The notes under the pieces were generated by a model that saw only the letters and a list, made by a program, of their open reading frames with translations, ran no database searches and was not told the DNA's origin. A stretch of 64,000 nt of DNA, taken from positions 310,001 to 374,000 of the forward strand of contig OZ251225.1 of the NCBI GenBank assembly GCA_965240325.2. The letters run 5' to 3'. Source of the stretch: Rebecca billardiae RCC1528. Lineage: Eukaryota; Protista; Haptophyta. Of the stretch, positions 24,511 through 35,037 are shown piece by piece (the stretch's first letter is position 1; every line of letters begins with the position of its first letter). A program made the translations under genes and the position numbers.

Positions 24511-25413
24511 CTAGCAGCTTGGCGGTGGGGCGGGCGGCGGCCGGCCGTAGTACCAAGAGTAGATCTGGTCTGGCGAGCAGCCCAGCGCGTACGCCAGCAT
24601 GAAGAGCTGGTTCCATGCGGTCACGCGCACGACGCCGTGCTGCTCCCAGCGCCGGCCCGAGCACAGTACGTGCTCCTCCATGACGCTCAGCCCGCGACCA
24701 GTGGCCGCGCCCGCTCGGAGAAGATTCCGCACCGTCGCCACGTCCTCCATCATCGCGACAGCGGGCACACCGCCCACGGCGCGCAGGTCGTCGGCGCGCG
24801 CGTGCAGCCCCTGGTCTCCGTACGGCAAGCAGAAGGGCGGCCTCGCGCGGATGTTGGCCATGCGCTCCACCGCGTCGAGGCCTGGCGGGGGCGGCGAGCC
24901 GATCGTCGTGCGATCCACCTTGAACGAGAACGCGCCAACGATCGTCGAGGGCTTGCGCAGATTGCACACGCACAGGTCGTCGTACGCTGGCGGCGGCGTG
25001 CACTCGGCGTGCAGCATGAGCACGACCTCGCCCTTGGCGGCACACACGCCGCGGCGCAGCGCATGGCCGCGGCCTCCAGATGCCGACAGGACGCGAACCG
25101 CCGGGGCAGTGCGTATGGACGCATGCGAGCTGACTGCCTCCAGAGTGCCATCTGCGCTGCCGCCGTCGACGACGATCACCTCGACACGCTCCGGGCAGTG
25201 CGCGTTGTCGGCGCATGCGGCGATGGTGCGCAGGACATTGTCACGCTCGTTGTACGTGGGAATCACCACAGAGACGGTCAGCGCGGGCGAGGACGGGTAC
25301 GTACCTCGTCGGTCACCCTTGTAACCCTCGGCTGCTCGCACCGCAGGCCTGGACGTCGCAAGCGGATTTCCCGACAGCGCCGAGGAAAAGGCGCGCATGA
25401 GCAAGTGCGCCAT
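24511..25413 (-). CDS. Glycosyltransferase family 2 (TIGR04283/GT_2_like_a type)
   Basis: SVVIPTYNE, VIVVDGGSADGT, LMLHAE, PYGDQG, GG...MED, SGRRWEQHG; intronless. Confidence 0.88.
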   Translation of the reverse strand: MAHLLMRAFSSALSGNPLATSRPAVRAAEGYKGDRRGTYPSSPALTVSVVIPTYNERDNVLRTIAACADNAHCPERVEVIVVDGGSADGTLEAVSSHASIRTAPAVRVLSASGGRGHALRRGVCAAKGEVVLMLHAECTPPPAYDDLCVCNLRKPSTIVGAFSFKVDRTTIGSPPPPGLDAVERMANIRARPPFCLPYGDQGLHARADDLRAVGGVPAVAMMEDVATVRNLLRAGAATGRGLSVMEEHVLCSGRRWEQHGVVRVTAWNQLFMLAYALGCSPDQIYSWYYGRPPPAPPPSC

Positions 25414-25692
25414 CGGCTTTGGCCGTTCGTTTCCACGACGGGGCGCACCCACTCGTGCCGCGGGTGACAGGTGCGCAGCGACGTGCGCTGCGCGTGAGCC
25501 CGTCGGCCTGTGTCCGCTCGGCGATCCGAGGATGTCAGCGTGTACGTGCCGACGGTCGCGTCGACGAACACCTACCGCCACTCGCGTGATCGGGGGTCCG
25601 CCGTGGCTCGCTTTGCTCACGATGGCGTCGTTCCGGGAAAAAGCCGGATGCGGAACGCCCGGCGGCGAAACAGGCCTCCGTAACAGCCTACA

Positions 25693-26746
25693 GAGGCCGC
25701 TCGAGCGACTTCGTGTCAGGCGAGGCAGATCGCGCCAGTGCGAGGCGAGGCAGACGCTCGCCTGCCTCGCCCAGCAGGCGAGGCAGCTAAGCTAGTAAAG
25801 CCGCGGCCGAACTTTACGAAAGCCAAATGTCTGCCGGTGCGCCGCCCGTCTTTGCGCACGGTGACAAGGGCGCGCGAGGGCGCTTCCTCACGATCCCGAA
25901 GAGCGCTGCGCGCGGCGTCGCGTTGGCGGCGGCAGCGGCGCTGGGGTGTATCTTGCCCATTCTGCGTGGCGGCGCGCGCTCATGACGCCTCGGCCGCCGC
26001 CACGCCATGCGCGACCGGGCGTGTCGCCTTCTTGACGGGCAGTGCACACGCCCTTGCAAGCGCACAGCCGTGAAGAGCCGAGAGCGTCCGTCGCGCGCAC
26101 GCCGCCCAAGCGGGATGCTTTGTGTTATCAACGAAGCCACCTTGCCCATGCGCTCCGCCGAGTTCGCCATGCGTTCAGAGCAGTCAAGATCGCTGAACGA
26201 GAGGATGTCATCGGCTGAAATGCAGGTGAGCAGTGGTCATCGTAGTTGCTACCCATGGTCATCATGGCTCGCACATGCCAGAGCGCGATCGCTCAGTGTC
26301 ATACGAATAGTCCTGAAACCTCATCCCGCGTGGGCGGCGTGCGCGCGACGGACGCTCTCGGCTCTTCACGGCTGTGCGCTTGCAAGGGCGTGTGCACTGC
26401 CCGTCAAGAAGGCGACACGCCCGGTCGCGCATGGCGTGGCGGCGGCCGAGGCGTCATGAGCGCGCACCGCCAAGCAGAATGGGCAAGATACACCCCAGCG
26501 CCGCTGCCGCCGCCAACGCGACGCCGCGCGCAGCGCTCTTCGGGATCGTGAGGAAGCGCCCTCGCGCGCCCTTGTCACCGTGCGCAAAGACGGGCGGCGC
26601 ACCGGCAGACATTTGGCTTTCGTAAAGTTCGGCCGCGGCTTTACTAGCTTAGCTGCCTCGCCTGCTGGGCGAGGCAGGCGAGCGTCTGCCTCGCCTCGCA
26701 CTGGCGCGATCTGCCTCGCCTGACACGAAGTCGCTCGAGTGGCCTC
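25693..26746. mobile_element. Foldback element with about 425-bp inverted arms, 204-bp spacer and a 5-6 bp TSD ((C)CTACA)
   Basis: 25693-26117 is the reverse complement of 26322-26746; CTACA at 25688-25692 and 26747-26751. Confidence 0.85.
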
Positions 26747-26795
26747 CTACACGGTGACCGAACAACAAAGACGGCGCGCAGTTTGGCCGTCAGCC

Positions 26796-29700
26796 ATGGG
26801 CGTCGACGACGCTCTCCAACTCGAGGCGCACGAGGCGACACTGTGGCGCTCAAGAGCGGCTGAGCTCGCGGGTGAGCTCGCAGCCCTCCGTGCGAACGAC
26901 GCTGATGCCGTCCCCCGCTCGTCGCCGAGCACGAGCAACACGGTGGAGGCTGCTGTCGAGGCGCTCATGAGCTCAGCTGGCGCCAACACAGCGGACGCTG
27001 ATGTGCGCCGGGTGTTGGCGGAGCTCTCGGGCACGTTGAAGCAGACCGCAGCCCAGGCTGACGCCAGCACCGACGCAATGCGAGCGTGGAGGCTGCGAGC
27101 GGGCTGGCTCGCCGGCGAGCTCGACCACCGTCACCGCCTCCTGCACGATGCCCAGCTGCACGGCTCATCGCTCGCGGGCTCCAAGTCGATCGCGGGCTCC
27201 AGCATCCGCTCGACGCCCTCCCGCGCGCGGCCGGGACCGGGCATGACCGACCCCGCGGACCGAGACGCCGAGATACGAACCATCGGCGCGGAGATGGCCG
27301 ACGTCGAGTCCGAGGCCGCGGGCTTTGCGCGGATCGCCGTGCACGCCGTGTACCAGACGATTGCGTGGCGCGAGTCGGCGGCAAGGCTTGCCGCCATCGC
27401 AGATGAGCTCAGCCGCGAGCGCTTCGCGCTGGAGCAGACGCGGCTGCGGGCACCAACCGACGCGAGTTTGCGGGGTGCTCCTGCGCTCGCGCGCGCCAGT
27501 GCGGAGCGCGACGCGGCGCGGGCGCTCGTGTGTGCGCGAGCGCGCCGTGCTGCGCTTCTCTCCGACCTGCAGCTGCGGCAGCGTTGCTTCCTGCACTGGC
27601 GGCTGCTGCGCGGCGTCGACTGGGCCCCGAGCGCAGCCACTGCCGCTGCGGCAGCCGCGCAGCTCGAGGCCGAGCGCGACACGGCGCGATACGAGCGCGA
27701 TGCGGCGCGTGGAGTGCTGTGCGCGCGCGCTGTGCGCGCGGCCCGTCAGTCTGTGCCCTGGCTGCGGCGCGAGTGCTTTGCGCGCTGGGCAGCTGCTGCT
27801 GCCGCGAGTGCAGCCGATGCCGCCGCCGAAGCGGCAGCACGCCATGCGGCCGAGCGCGACGCGGCGCGAGCAGTCGTGTGCGCGCGCGCGCTGCGTGCGG
27901 CGAGCCAGTCCGTGCCGCAGCTGCAGCGCGAGGGCTTTGCGCGCTGGCGGCTGCTGCGCGGCAGCGGTGCGGCCGCGAGCGCGGCTGACACCGCCGCAGC
28001 GGATGGCACCGCGGCGGCGGTGGCCCAGCACGTGGCCGAGCGTGACGCGGCACGGGCCGAGCGCGACGCGGCCCGGGCAGTCGTGCAGGCGCGCGCGCTG
28101 CGTGCGGCGAGCCAGTCCGTGCCGCAGCTGCAGCGCGAGGGCTTTGCGCGCTGGCGGCTGCTGCGCGGCAGCGGTGCGGCCGCGAGCGCGGCTGACACCG
28201 CCGCAGCGGATGGCACCGCGGCGGCGGTGGCCCAGCACGTGGCCGAGCGTGACGCGGCACGGGCCGAGCGCGACGCGGCCCGGGCAGTCGTGCAGGCGCG
28301 CGCGCTGCGTGCGGCGAGCCAGTCCATGCCGCAGCTGCTGCACGAGCTCCTCATGCGCTGGCGGCTGCAGCTGCTGCGCGGCAGGCTCTCAGGCGCCGAG
28401 CCCCCGAGTGCGGCCGCAGCGGCGAACGAGCGCGCGGCGGCGGTGCAGCGCAGGCTGGACGTGGCCGTGCGCACGCTGCGCGCCGCACAGGCGGAGGTCG
28501 AGATGTCGCGCGCGCGCGCGCGCACGGCGCAGACGGGCTCGGTGCTCCGCCTTTGGACGGGTGCGTCCGCGGCGGCAAGCGCAGGGCACGCGTTCCAGGT
28601 CTGGGCAGCGGCGGTCGCGCAGCCGAGCGCGCACGCCTCTCGCGCTGCGCGCGTGAGCGCTCCCGACGCGGCCGTCGCGCCGAGCGAGGATCTGGCCGAC
28701 TCGAGCGCCGAGCCGGGTATGGGCGTGCGCCCGGCCGCGGTGCGCACGCAGGAGCAGCCGTCGTCGCCGCCGCGCCCCGCCGCAGCGCCGCCGATGCCAC
28801 CGGTGACTCCGATCTCGGAGCCCGCTCTGCGCGAGGCGGGCGCACTCCGAGCGCCGGCGCCCATCTCACGCGAGGAGCAGCCGACGAGGCGGCCCGCGCC
28901 GACGCCCGCTCCACCGCCGGCCGCGCGCGTGGCGGAGTCTGAAAGCCTCCTCATCCCGGTGCGCCACCCCCCGCGCCCGCCCGCCTCGCCCGACGAGCCC
29001 ATCGTGCGCGCACGGCCTGGGCCGCCGCCGCCGGCTGCCAAGGCCGTCCAGACCGAGCCCGCTGCCGAGCTCGGCGCGGCCGAGCGAGGGGCGCGGCTCG
29101 AGTATGGCGCGGAGCTGGCCGCCCGGCCGGAGCCGAGCTCGCCGCTCGGGGCCGCGGCGCCGGAGGCGGCGGGGTCGAGCGGCTGGGGTGCGGTGCCGAC
29201 CGCGCGCGCTGCGGGCGCGACGCGTGGCGAGGCTGGCGCGCCGGCTCAGAGCTGCGCGCCCGGCGCGAGCGTGAGTCCGGCCGCATCGCCGGGCAGCTCC
29301 GCAGCTCCTGCGGCGCACGCGCTCGGGCCCGCGCCGACGAGCGCGCTCTCGCCTGCGCGCGTGCAGCTGCGCGCGCGCGGCTCGCTCGCCGAGTCGCGGC
29401 GCAGCTCGAGCTCGCGGCGCGGTAGCAACGCGTCCACAGCGTCGGGCGGGGCCGAGGGCGCCGCCTCGCCGGCCGCGCGCTCATCCTCAGCCGCCGATCC
29501 GCACGACCCCGGCGCAGCGGCACTGGCCGGGGCCGGCAGCGTCGCTGCGGACGTCGCCTCTGCCACTGGCGGCTCCGCCCCGCGCACTCCGCGGCTGAGC
29601 ACGCCGGCGGGCACCCCGCCCGCGCCGAGCACGCCGCTGCGATCCACCGCGGACGAGCCCGAGCCGCCGCGCACGGCGCTGCCCCCACGGCGCGGCGCGC

Positions 29701-31667
29701 GCGGGGCGGGCGCGCGCGTGCGCACGCCCCCCTCAGCGCACGGCGCGGCCGACGACTGGCTCGCGCCCGCACCAGCCGCCGCCGCGCGCGCGGCGCCGTC
29801 CGGCGTGGAGCGCGGCACGTACACGACCCCGGAGCAGCTGCCGCCCTCGCCGCCCCGCCCGCCCGACGACGCCGACGTGGATCGCGAGGCGGCATGGCGC
29901 GCGTGGCTTGCACAGCTCGAGGGCGCGCAACGTCGGGCGCTGCTGTCAGCTCTCGGTGCCGCCGAGGGCGCGGCCGAGCCGCGCGCGCCGACGGGGGCGG
30001 CGGCGCGGCTGGCGGCAGCCGCGGCGGGCGCGCCAGCGGCGGCGCCGCGGCCCGCAGTGCTCGCGCCGCCGGCCGCAGCGCCGCGCACCCCGCCGGCGCC
30101 AGCCTCGCCCCGCTCAGACGCCCGCTCGGTCGGCAGCAGCAACGCCTCCTCTGCCGGGGTGCTCGCGTTCGCCCGGGTCGGCGTCGCCGCGACCACCGCT
30201 CGGCGCGTGAGCCGAGCGCTGTACCTGTGGGTGGCGCATGCGCGCGCTCGCGCGATGGTGAGCGACGTGGGGCAGCTGGCCGCCACGCGCCGGCTCGCGC
30301 ACGGCTTCGATCGGCTGCGTGCGCTCGCCGCCGCTGCCGCCACACGCTCAACCCAGCTGCCGAGCACGCGCGCCGCCGAGCGAGCTCCGTCCAGCCTCGC
30401 AGACGCGCCCAGCCCGCCAGCGGAGGCCCAGGCGGCAGCCGGCGGCACGGCGGCGGATGAGGAGAGCCCTGTGCGCACAGAGCTCTCCAACCACGCGCCA
30501 AACCACGCCGAGCTCGCAAAGGCCATCGTCGCCGACCTGCGCGAGTTCGCCGCCGCCCTCGCGCACGGGCGCCCGGCGCGTGAGGAACGCAAGCCGACCG
30601 AGCTCGCGCAGCCGCTGCCCCCGTTGCCGCGCAGCGCAGCGGCGGATCAGGCGCTCTACTCGGCGCCGCCGCCGCGCGCCTCTCCACCTGCGCCGGCCGC
30701 GCGCACGGCGCGCGTGCGCGACAGCGCGCGCCGCTTGCTGCTCAGGGCGCAGGCGCGCAGCGACGAGGACACGCAGCGCTGGCTGCTGCGCGCGTGGCAC
30801 GCGGCCGTGCAGCGGCGAACCGCGAGCGCGCGCGCAGACGCGCACGCCGCTACTGCCGTGCTCGCGCCGCCCGCGGCCGCTGCGGCCAGCGCGCCTGCAG
30901 CCGGCCAGCCGGTCGTAGCCGCGCCCGAATGCGCCACCGCGGCCTCGCAGACGGAGGAGGCCGCGCCGACGAGCTCGGCGCACCAGCCAGGCCTCGCGCC
31001 CGCAGCGGTGGTCGCAGACCTGAGCGCATTCGCGGACGCCCTCGCGCGAGAGCTCGCGGGCAAGGCCCCGGCCAGGCGCACACAGACAGAGCTCGCTGGC
31101 CGCATGCCGCCGCTGCCGCAGCTGCGCAGCTCGGCACCCGACCAGGCGCTCTTCTCCGCGCCGCCGCCGCCGCATCGTCCGTCGGGGCGGTCGTCGCGCA
31201 GCGCGCGTGCGCTCGAGAGCGCGCGCCGCTTGCTGCAGAGGACGCAGGCGCGCAGCGACGAGGACACGCAGCGCTGGCTGCTGCGCGCGTGGCGCTCCGC
31301 GGTGGAGCAACGCTCCGGCACCAAAGCCGCCGACGCCCATCACCGCCGCGAGCACCTGAGCCGCACGCTCCGGGCGTGGGCCGAGCTCACCGCCCGGAAC
31401 AAGCGCAAGCGCGCGGCCGGGATGGACCTGGCCACCATCGCGGCGCTGCGGCTCGGCAAGCTTGCCGACCAGGACGCGACGGTGCGCGAGCTCCAGCAGC
31501 GGGTGGTGGCGCAGGAAGCGCAGCTGGCCACGCTCAAGCGTTGGTGCCGCACCCAGCGCGACTCGATGCTCCGGCACCAGCTGCCGCTGCTCAAGAACCA
31601 CCCGCTCGCGCTGCAGTGGCTGGGCGAGGGGCACATGGACGACCTCGAGGCGGTCCTAGCCTCCTGA
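26796..31667 (+). CDS. Large Ala/Pro-rich coiled-coil protein with Sfi1-like (L-x3-F/L-x2-W) repeats
   Basis: About 1,620-aa ORF with repeated LRQRCFLHWR, LRRECFARWA, LQREGFARWR, RWLLRAWH and HLSRTLRAWA; 207-bp tandem repeat at about 27890-28330. Confidence 0.65.
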   Translation: MGVDDALQLEAHEATLWRSRAAELAGELAALRANDADAVPRSSPSTSNTVEAAVEALMSSAGANTADADVRRVLAELSGTLKQTAAQADASTDAMRAWRLRAGWLAGELDHRHRLLHDAQLHGSSLAGSKSIAGSSIRSTPSRARPGPGMTDPADRDAEIRTIGAEMADVESEAAGFARIAVHAVYQTIAWRESAARLAAIADELSRERFALEQTRLRAPTDASLRGAPALARASAERDAARALVCARARRAALLSDLQLRQRCFLHWRLLRGVDWAPSAATAAAAAAQLEAERDTARYERDAARGVLCARAVRAARQSVPWLRRECFARWAAAAAASAADAAAEAAARHAAERDAARAVVCARALRAASQSVPQLQREGFARWRLLRGSGAAASAADTAAADGTAAAVAQHVAERDAARAERDAARAVVQARALRAASQSVPQLQREGFARWRLLRGSGAAASAADTAAADGTAAAVAQHVAERDAARAERDAARAVVQARALRAASQSMPQLLHELLMRWRLQLLRGRLSGAEPPSAAAAANERAAAVQRRLDVAVRTLRAAQAEVEMSRARARTAQTGSVLRLWTGASAAASAGHAFQVWAAAVAQPSAHASRAARVSAPDAAVAPSEDLADSSAEPGMGVRPAAVRTQEQPSSPPRPAAAPPMPPVTPISEPALREAGALRAPAPISREEQPTRRPAPTPAPPPAARVAESESLLIPVRHPPRPPASPDEPIVRARPGPPPPAAKAVQTEPAAELGAAERGARLEYGAELAARPEPSSPLGAAAPEAAGSSGWGAVPTARAAGATRGEAGAPAQSCAPGASVSPAASPGSSAAPAAHALGPAPTSALSPARVQLRARGSLAESRRSSSSRRGSNASTASGGAEGAASPAARSSSAADPHDPGAAALAGAGSVAADVASATGGSAPRTPRLSTPAGTPPAPSTPLRSTADEPEPPRTALPPRRGARGAGARVRTPPSAHGAADDWLAPAPAAAARAAPSGVERGTYTTPEQLPPSPPRPPDDADVDREAAWRAWLAQLEGAQRRALLSALGAAEGAAEPRAPTGAAARLAAAAAGAPAAAPRPAVLAPPAAAPRTPPAPASPRSDARSVGSSNASSAGVLAFARVGVAATTARRVSRALYLWVAHARARAMVSDVGQLAATRRLAHGFDRLRALAAAAATRSTQLPSTRAAERAPSSLADAPSPPAEAQAAAGGTAADEESPVRTELSNHAPNHAELAKAIVADLREFAAALAHGRPAREERKPTELAQPLPPLPRSAAADQALYSAPPPRASPPAPAARTARVRDSARRLLLRAQARSDEDTQRWLLRAWHAAVQRRTASARADAHAATAVLAPPAAAAASAPAAGQPVVAAPECATAASQTEEAAPTSSAHQPGLAPAAVVADLSAFADALARELAGKAPARRTQTELAGRMPPLPQLRSSAPDQALFSAPPPPHRPSGRSSRSARALESARRLLQRTQARSDEDTQRWLLRAWRSAVEQRSGTKAADAHHRREHLSRTLRAWAELTARNKRKRAAGMDLATIAALRLGKLADQDATVRELQQRVVAQEAQLATLKRWCRTQRDSMLRHQLPLLKNHPLALQWLGEGHMDDLEAVLAS

Positions 31668-31944
31668 ACGTACACTACAGTAGCTAGTCGTGACACAGAC
31701 AGCACTGCTAGATCGAACGTCTATATCTATATATAGATATTTATTATTATTATATATATAAGCTAGCCAGACGCTGACGACGCTGATGCGGCGTCGTCTG
31801 CTTATACTTAAACTTGTAGCAGTCGTCGTTCAGCAGCAGCAGCAGCGCTATCTGCTAGCACCGAATTGACGGGCTGCCCGCAACCGCGCCATGTCCGCCG
31901 CCATGATGCGCTGATGCTTATATATATCAAAGTTCCACGGGAGC

Positions 31945-33255
31945 CTACGGTAGGTCCAGAATGATGATGCCGCTGTGGCTGTTGACCGCACCGACATCAT
32001 CAGCCTGGCGGGGTAGGCTGCTCAAAGATCGCCGACGCTCCAAAACCTTTCCGGCGCCGGAGCTGGTGATGCTTACTGCGCCATCGCTTGCATCGCGTGC
32101 GCCACCGGCATGCTGGACGAGTCCGAGGCCCTGCAGCTGGTCGATGAAGGGCATGCCCAGCACCCACTCACGCGAGGCGCCGCGCTCAGGGCGATGCCGA
32201 GGAGCACGGTCGGCGGGCTCCAGTGCGAGCACTGCCGCGAGGCCATCGAGCCGTCCCCGCCACGTGGCAGCGCCTCGCCCCATGCAGCGGCGGGCAGTTG
32301 GTGCCGGGGCCGCTGAGTGCCGTTGGGCGCGTCCGCACTGCCAACGCCCGCGCACAAGTGGGATTGTGATCGAGCGCGCGTGGGTGCGCTCGCCTGTACG
32401 CACGTCAAAGAGCAGGTTCACCTCCGATGCCAGTGCATGCAGCCCAATCGTGGCCATGGCCGCGTCGCGGGGCGCGACCACGTGCGTCGATCCGGTGTCC
32501 ACGTGCGCGACCAGCTGCTCGGCGGGCGCGTAGATGTAGCGGATCTGCTGCCAGAGGGGGCCGTGCCATTGCGCACAGGACGTGGCCGTGTCGTTGAGCG
32601 AGTGCTCCCCGTTCACGACGACTGGTGGCGAGGTGAAGGCTGCCGTGGAGCGCACGTCGATGCGCAGCCCCTGGATGGCGACTTTCCACTGCTGCTGGGC
32701 TGATGACTCGACGGGCACAGCCACGCGCGTGCCGGGCGGCGGTGGCGCTGGGCACAGGGCGCCAGCTCGCAGAGTCCACCGACGGTGCGCGCCTTTGGTC
32801 GGAGGCGTCCGGCAAAGAGAAAGGGCATCGGCCGTGAGCACTCGATGAAGGCTACCGCGTGCTGGTGCGAAGCCCAAGATGCCGACAAGCTGATGCGCCC
32901 CCGCAGTGCGAGCGACGTCCAGTGGCGGCAGGGCTGAGCAGTTGTCTGCGGCCAGGCCAAACGGCTGTCGACGCGCGCGCAGGTTACCGATGCGGAGACT
33001 CGGAGCCGTACACGCCGCTCCACGCATAACGGTCCCATCCAGGAACACGGTCGACCACGGCTCCGACGCGCTGCAGCCGCTCGCACGTCGCAAGGAGGCA
33101 GCATTCCCTGAGGCGTCGTGGACCCAGGTAAAAATTGAGCCAGTATCCAGCAGCCCGATGCCGTGACGTTCCTGGCGGCCAGTCCCGCCGATCGCGAATG
33201 GTAGCATCAGGCCTAACGCCTGCCGGGAAAGCGCAATCGCCTCTGCGGAAGGCAT
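31945..33255 (-). CDS. Pepsin-like (A1) aspartic protease, divergent
   Basis: Two DTG motifs (LLDTGS, HVDTGST), QPFGLA, GILGFA, WVLGMPF. Confidence 0.75.
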   Translation of the reverse strand: MPSAEAIALSRQALGLMLPFAIGGTGRQERHGIGLLDTGSIFTWVHDASGNAASLRRASGCSASEPWSTVFLDGTVMRGAACTAPSLRIGNLRARRQPFGLAADNCSALPPLDVARTAGAHQLVGILGFAPARGSLHRVLTADALSLCRTPPTKGAHRRWTLRAGALCPAPPPPGTRVAVPVESSAQQQWKVAIQGLRIDVRSTAAFTSPPVVVNGEHSLNDTATSCAQWHGPLWQQIRYIYAPAEQLVAHVDTGSTHVVAPRDAAMATIGLHALASEVNLLFDVRTGERTHARSITIPLVRGRWQCGRAQRHSAAPAPTARRCMGRGAATWRGRLDGLAAVLALEPADRAPRHRPERGASREWVLGMPFIDQLQGLGLVQHAGGARDASDGAVSITSSGAGKVLERRRSLSSLPRQADDVGAVNSHSGIIILDLP

Positions 33256-33452
33256 TCCTCTTCCTCACCCATAAGTGGGGATGCGGGCGCACGACCAGGC
33301 GGCCGCCATCGTGAGCCAGCCTACTCGGCTTACTGACTATTACTGGAAATATGGTCTCTCCGCCGACCAATGAAAAGGCAGGAGGTGCGGAGTCCCGCGG
33401 CTTAGACGCGCGCGGCGGCGGCCTCCGCAGCGCGTGCAGCCCCGCGAGGAGG

Positions 33453-34761
33453 ATGGCGAAGAAAGAGAAAGGCGCGAAGCCCCAGCAGGCGGAGAAGAAG
33501 AAGGCCAAGTCGCAGAGCGGCGCCCTGCTCTACGCGGCAGCCGCGGCGGCGGTGGCCATCGGTGCCGTGTGGATGGCATCACGAGGTCCATTGGCTCCGA
33601 GCAGCCCACCCAATCCGGCGGCGGCAACGTCACGGCCGGGCCGACCTCCGTCGCCGTCCGGGCCTGATGGGGGCAAAAGGGCGGTGAGCGAGTGCACGGA
33701 CAACTCGCCAGCGTGCCAGCAGTGGGCGAACCTCGGCGAGTGCGAGAAGAACCCAAAGTTTATGCATGTGGAGTGCACAAAGACGTGCGGTGCGTGCAAG
33801 GGCACCAAGGTCGAGCGGCAGTGCCAGGACGACAACGCCGACTGCGAGAGGTGGGCGCTGACGGGGCAGTGCGTGAAGAACTCGGAGTTCATGATGGCCA
33901 ACTGCCGCAAGAGCTGCGGCGTGTGCGGGCCCTTCGGCCCGGCGTGCGAGCGGAAGGGCGCGGCAGCCATCACGCCCGGCGACATCAAGACCACCTTCGA
34001 ACGCGCTGTCGCGGACTTCCCGCAGTATAGCCCGGAGGTCCTGCACACGGATCCGTGGGTCGTCAGATTCGACAACTTCGTCTCCGACGAGGAGGCCGAC
34101 CGCATCATCGAGCTGTGCCAAGAGGCCTTCCAGCGCTCGCTCGCTGGCGACCAGGTGTCGCCCGTGCGCACGAGCACGCAGTGTTGGTGCAACTTCCCCA
34201 AGTGCCTTCAGGACCCGATGCTCATGGCCGTGGAGCAGCGCGTGGCGAACCTCACGCGCGTCCCCGTCACCAACGGCGAGTTCATGCAGGTCGTCAGATA
34301 CGACGAGGGGCAGTTCTGTGCGTCCCCTGCGCACGATGCGCGCGCTGCGCACCACGGCATGCTGCTCATGCGAGTGCGAGTGCGCACGCGCCTGCCCGCG
34401 CACCCGCCCCCGGCCCTTGCCTTCCTCAGACAAGGAGCACCACGACCAGAACTCGGCATCGTGGAGCCCACAGGGGGTGCGCGTCTACACCTTCTTCATG
34501 TACCTGAACGACGTAGAGGAGGGCGGAGAGACCGCGTTCAGCAGGCTCGACCTCAAGGTTCGCCCAAGGAAGGGCTCTGCTATCCTGTGGCCGTCCGTGC
34601 TCGACAGCGACCCGAACGCCACCGAGCCGGGCACCTACCACGCAGCGCTCCCCGTCGGCAAAGGGCTCAAGTACGGCGCCAACCTGTGGTTGCACATGCA
34701 CGACTTCCGCACGCCGTCGTACCACCACTGTCTTTTCACGATGAAGAACACCGTGGAGTGA
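33453..34761 (+). CDS. P4H: Prolyl 4-hydroxylase with two ShKT domains (intron 34318-34429)
   Basis: N-terminal TM; ShKT C..WA..GEC.KNP.FM...C.K.CG.C twice; QVVRYDEGQF|YKEHHD, FMYLNDVEEGGET, HAALPV..GLKY. Confidence 0.93.
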
Positions 34762-35037
34762 GCTGAGCTGAGACTCTCGGCTGGACATCAATCATCATCA
34801 TCTCAATAAACGCCGGTGCTTCGGACCAATAAGTGCGCGAATAAGCTGCGAACCTCGGTGCTTGGAGATGGGCGTGGAAGCCAGCAGGTGCTGGCTGCCG
34901 GCGAACTATGATACGTCAATGTCGTAGCCGTAGTTAGGTACCAGCAGAGTCACTGTCACAGTCTGAGTCCGAATACATTATTACGATTATTATAAGCTAA
35001 CTACTACGACGCGCCATTTTACCCGCCGCCGAGCGCG

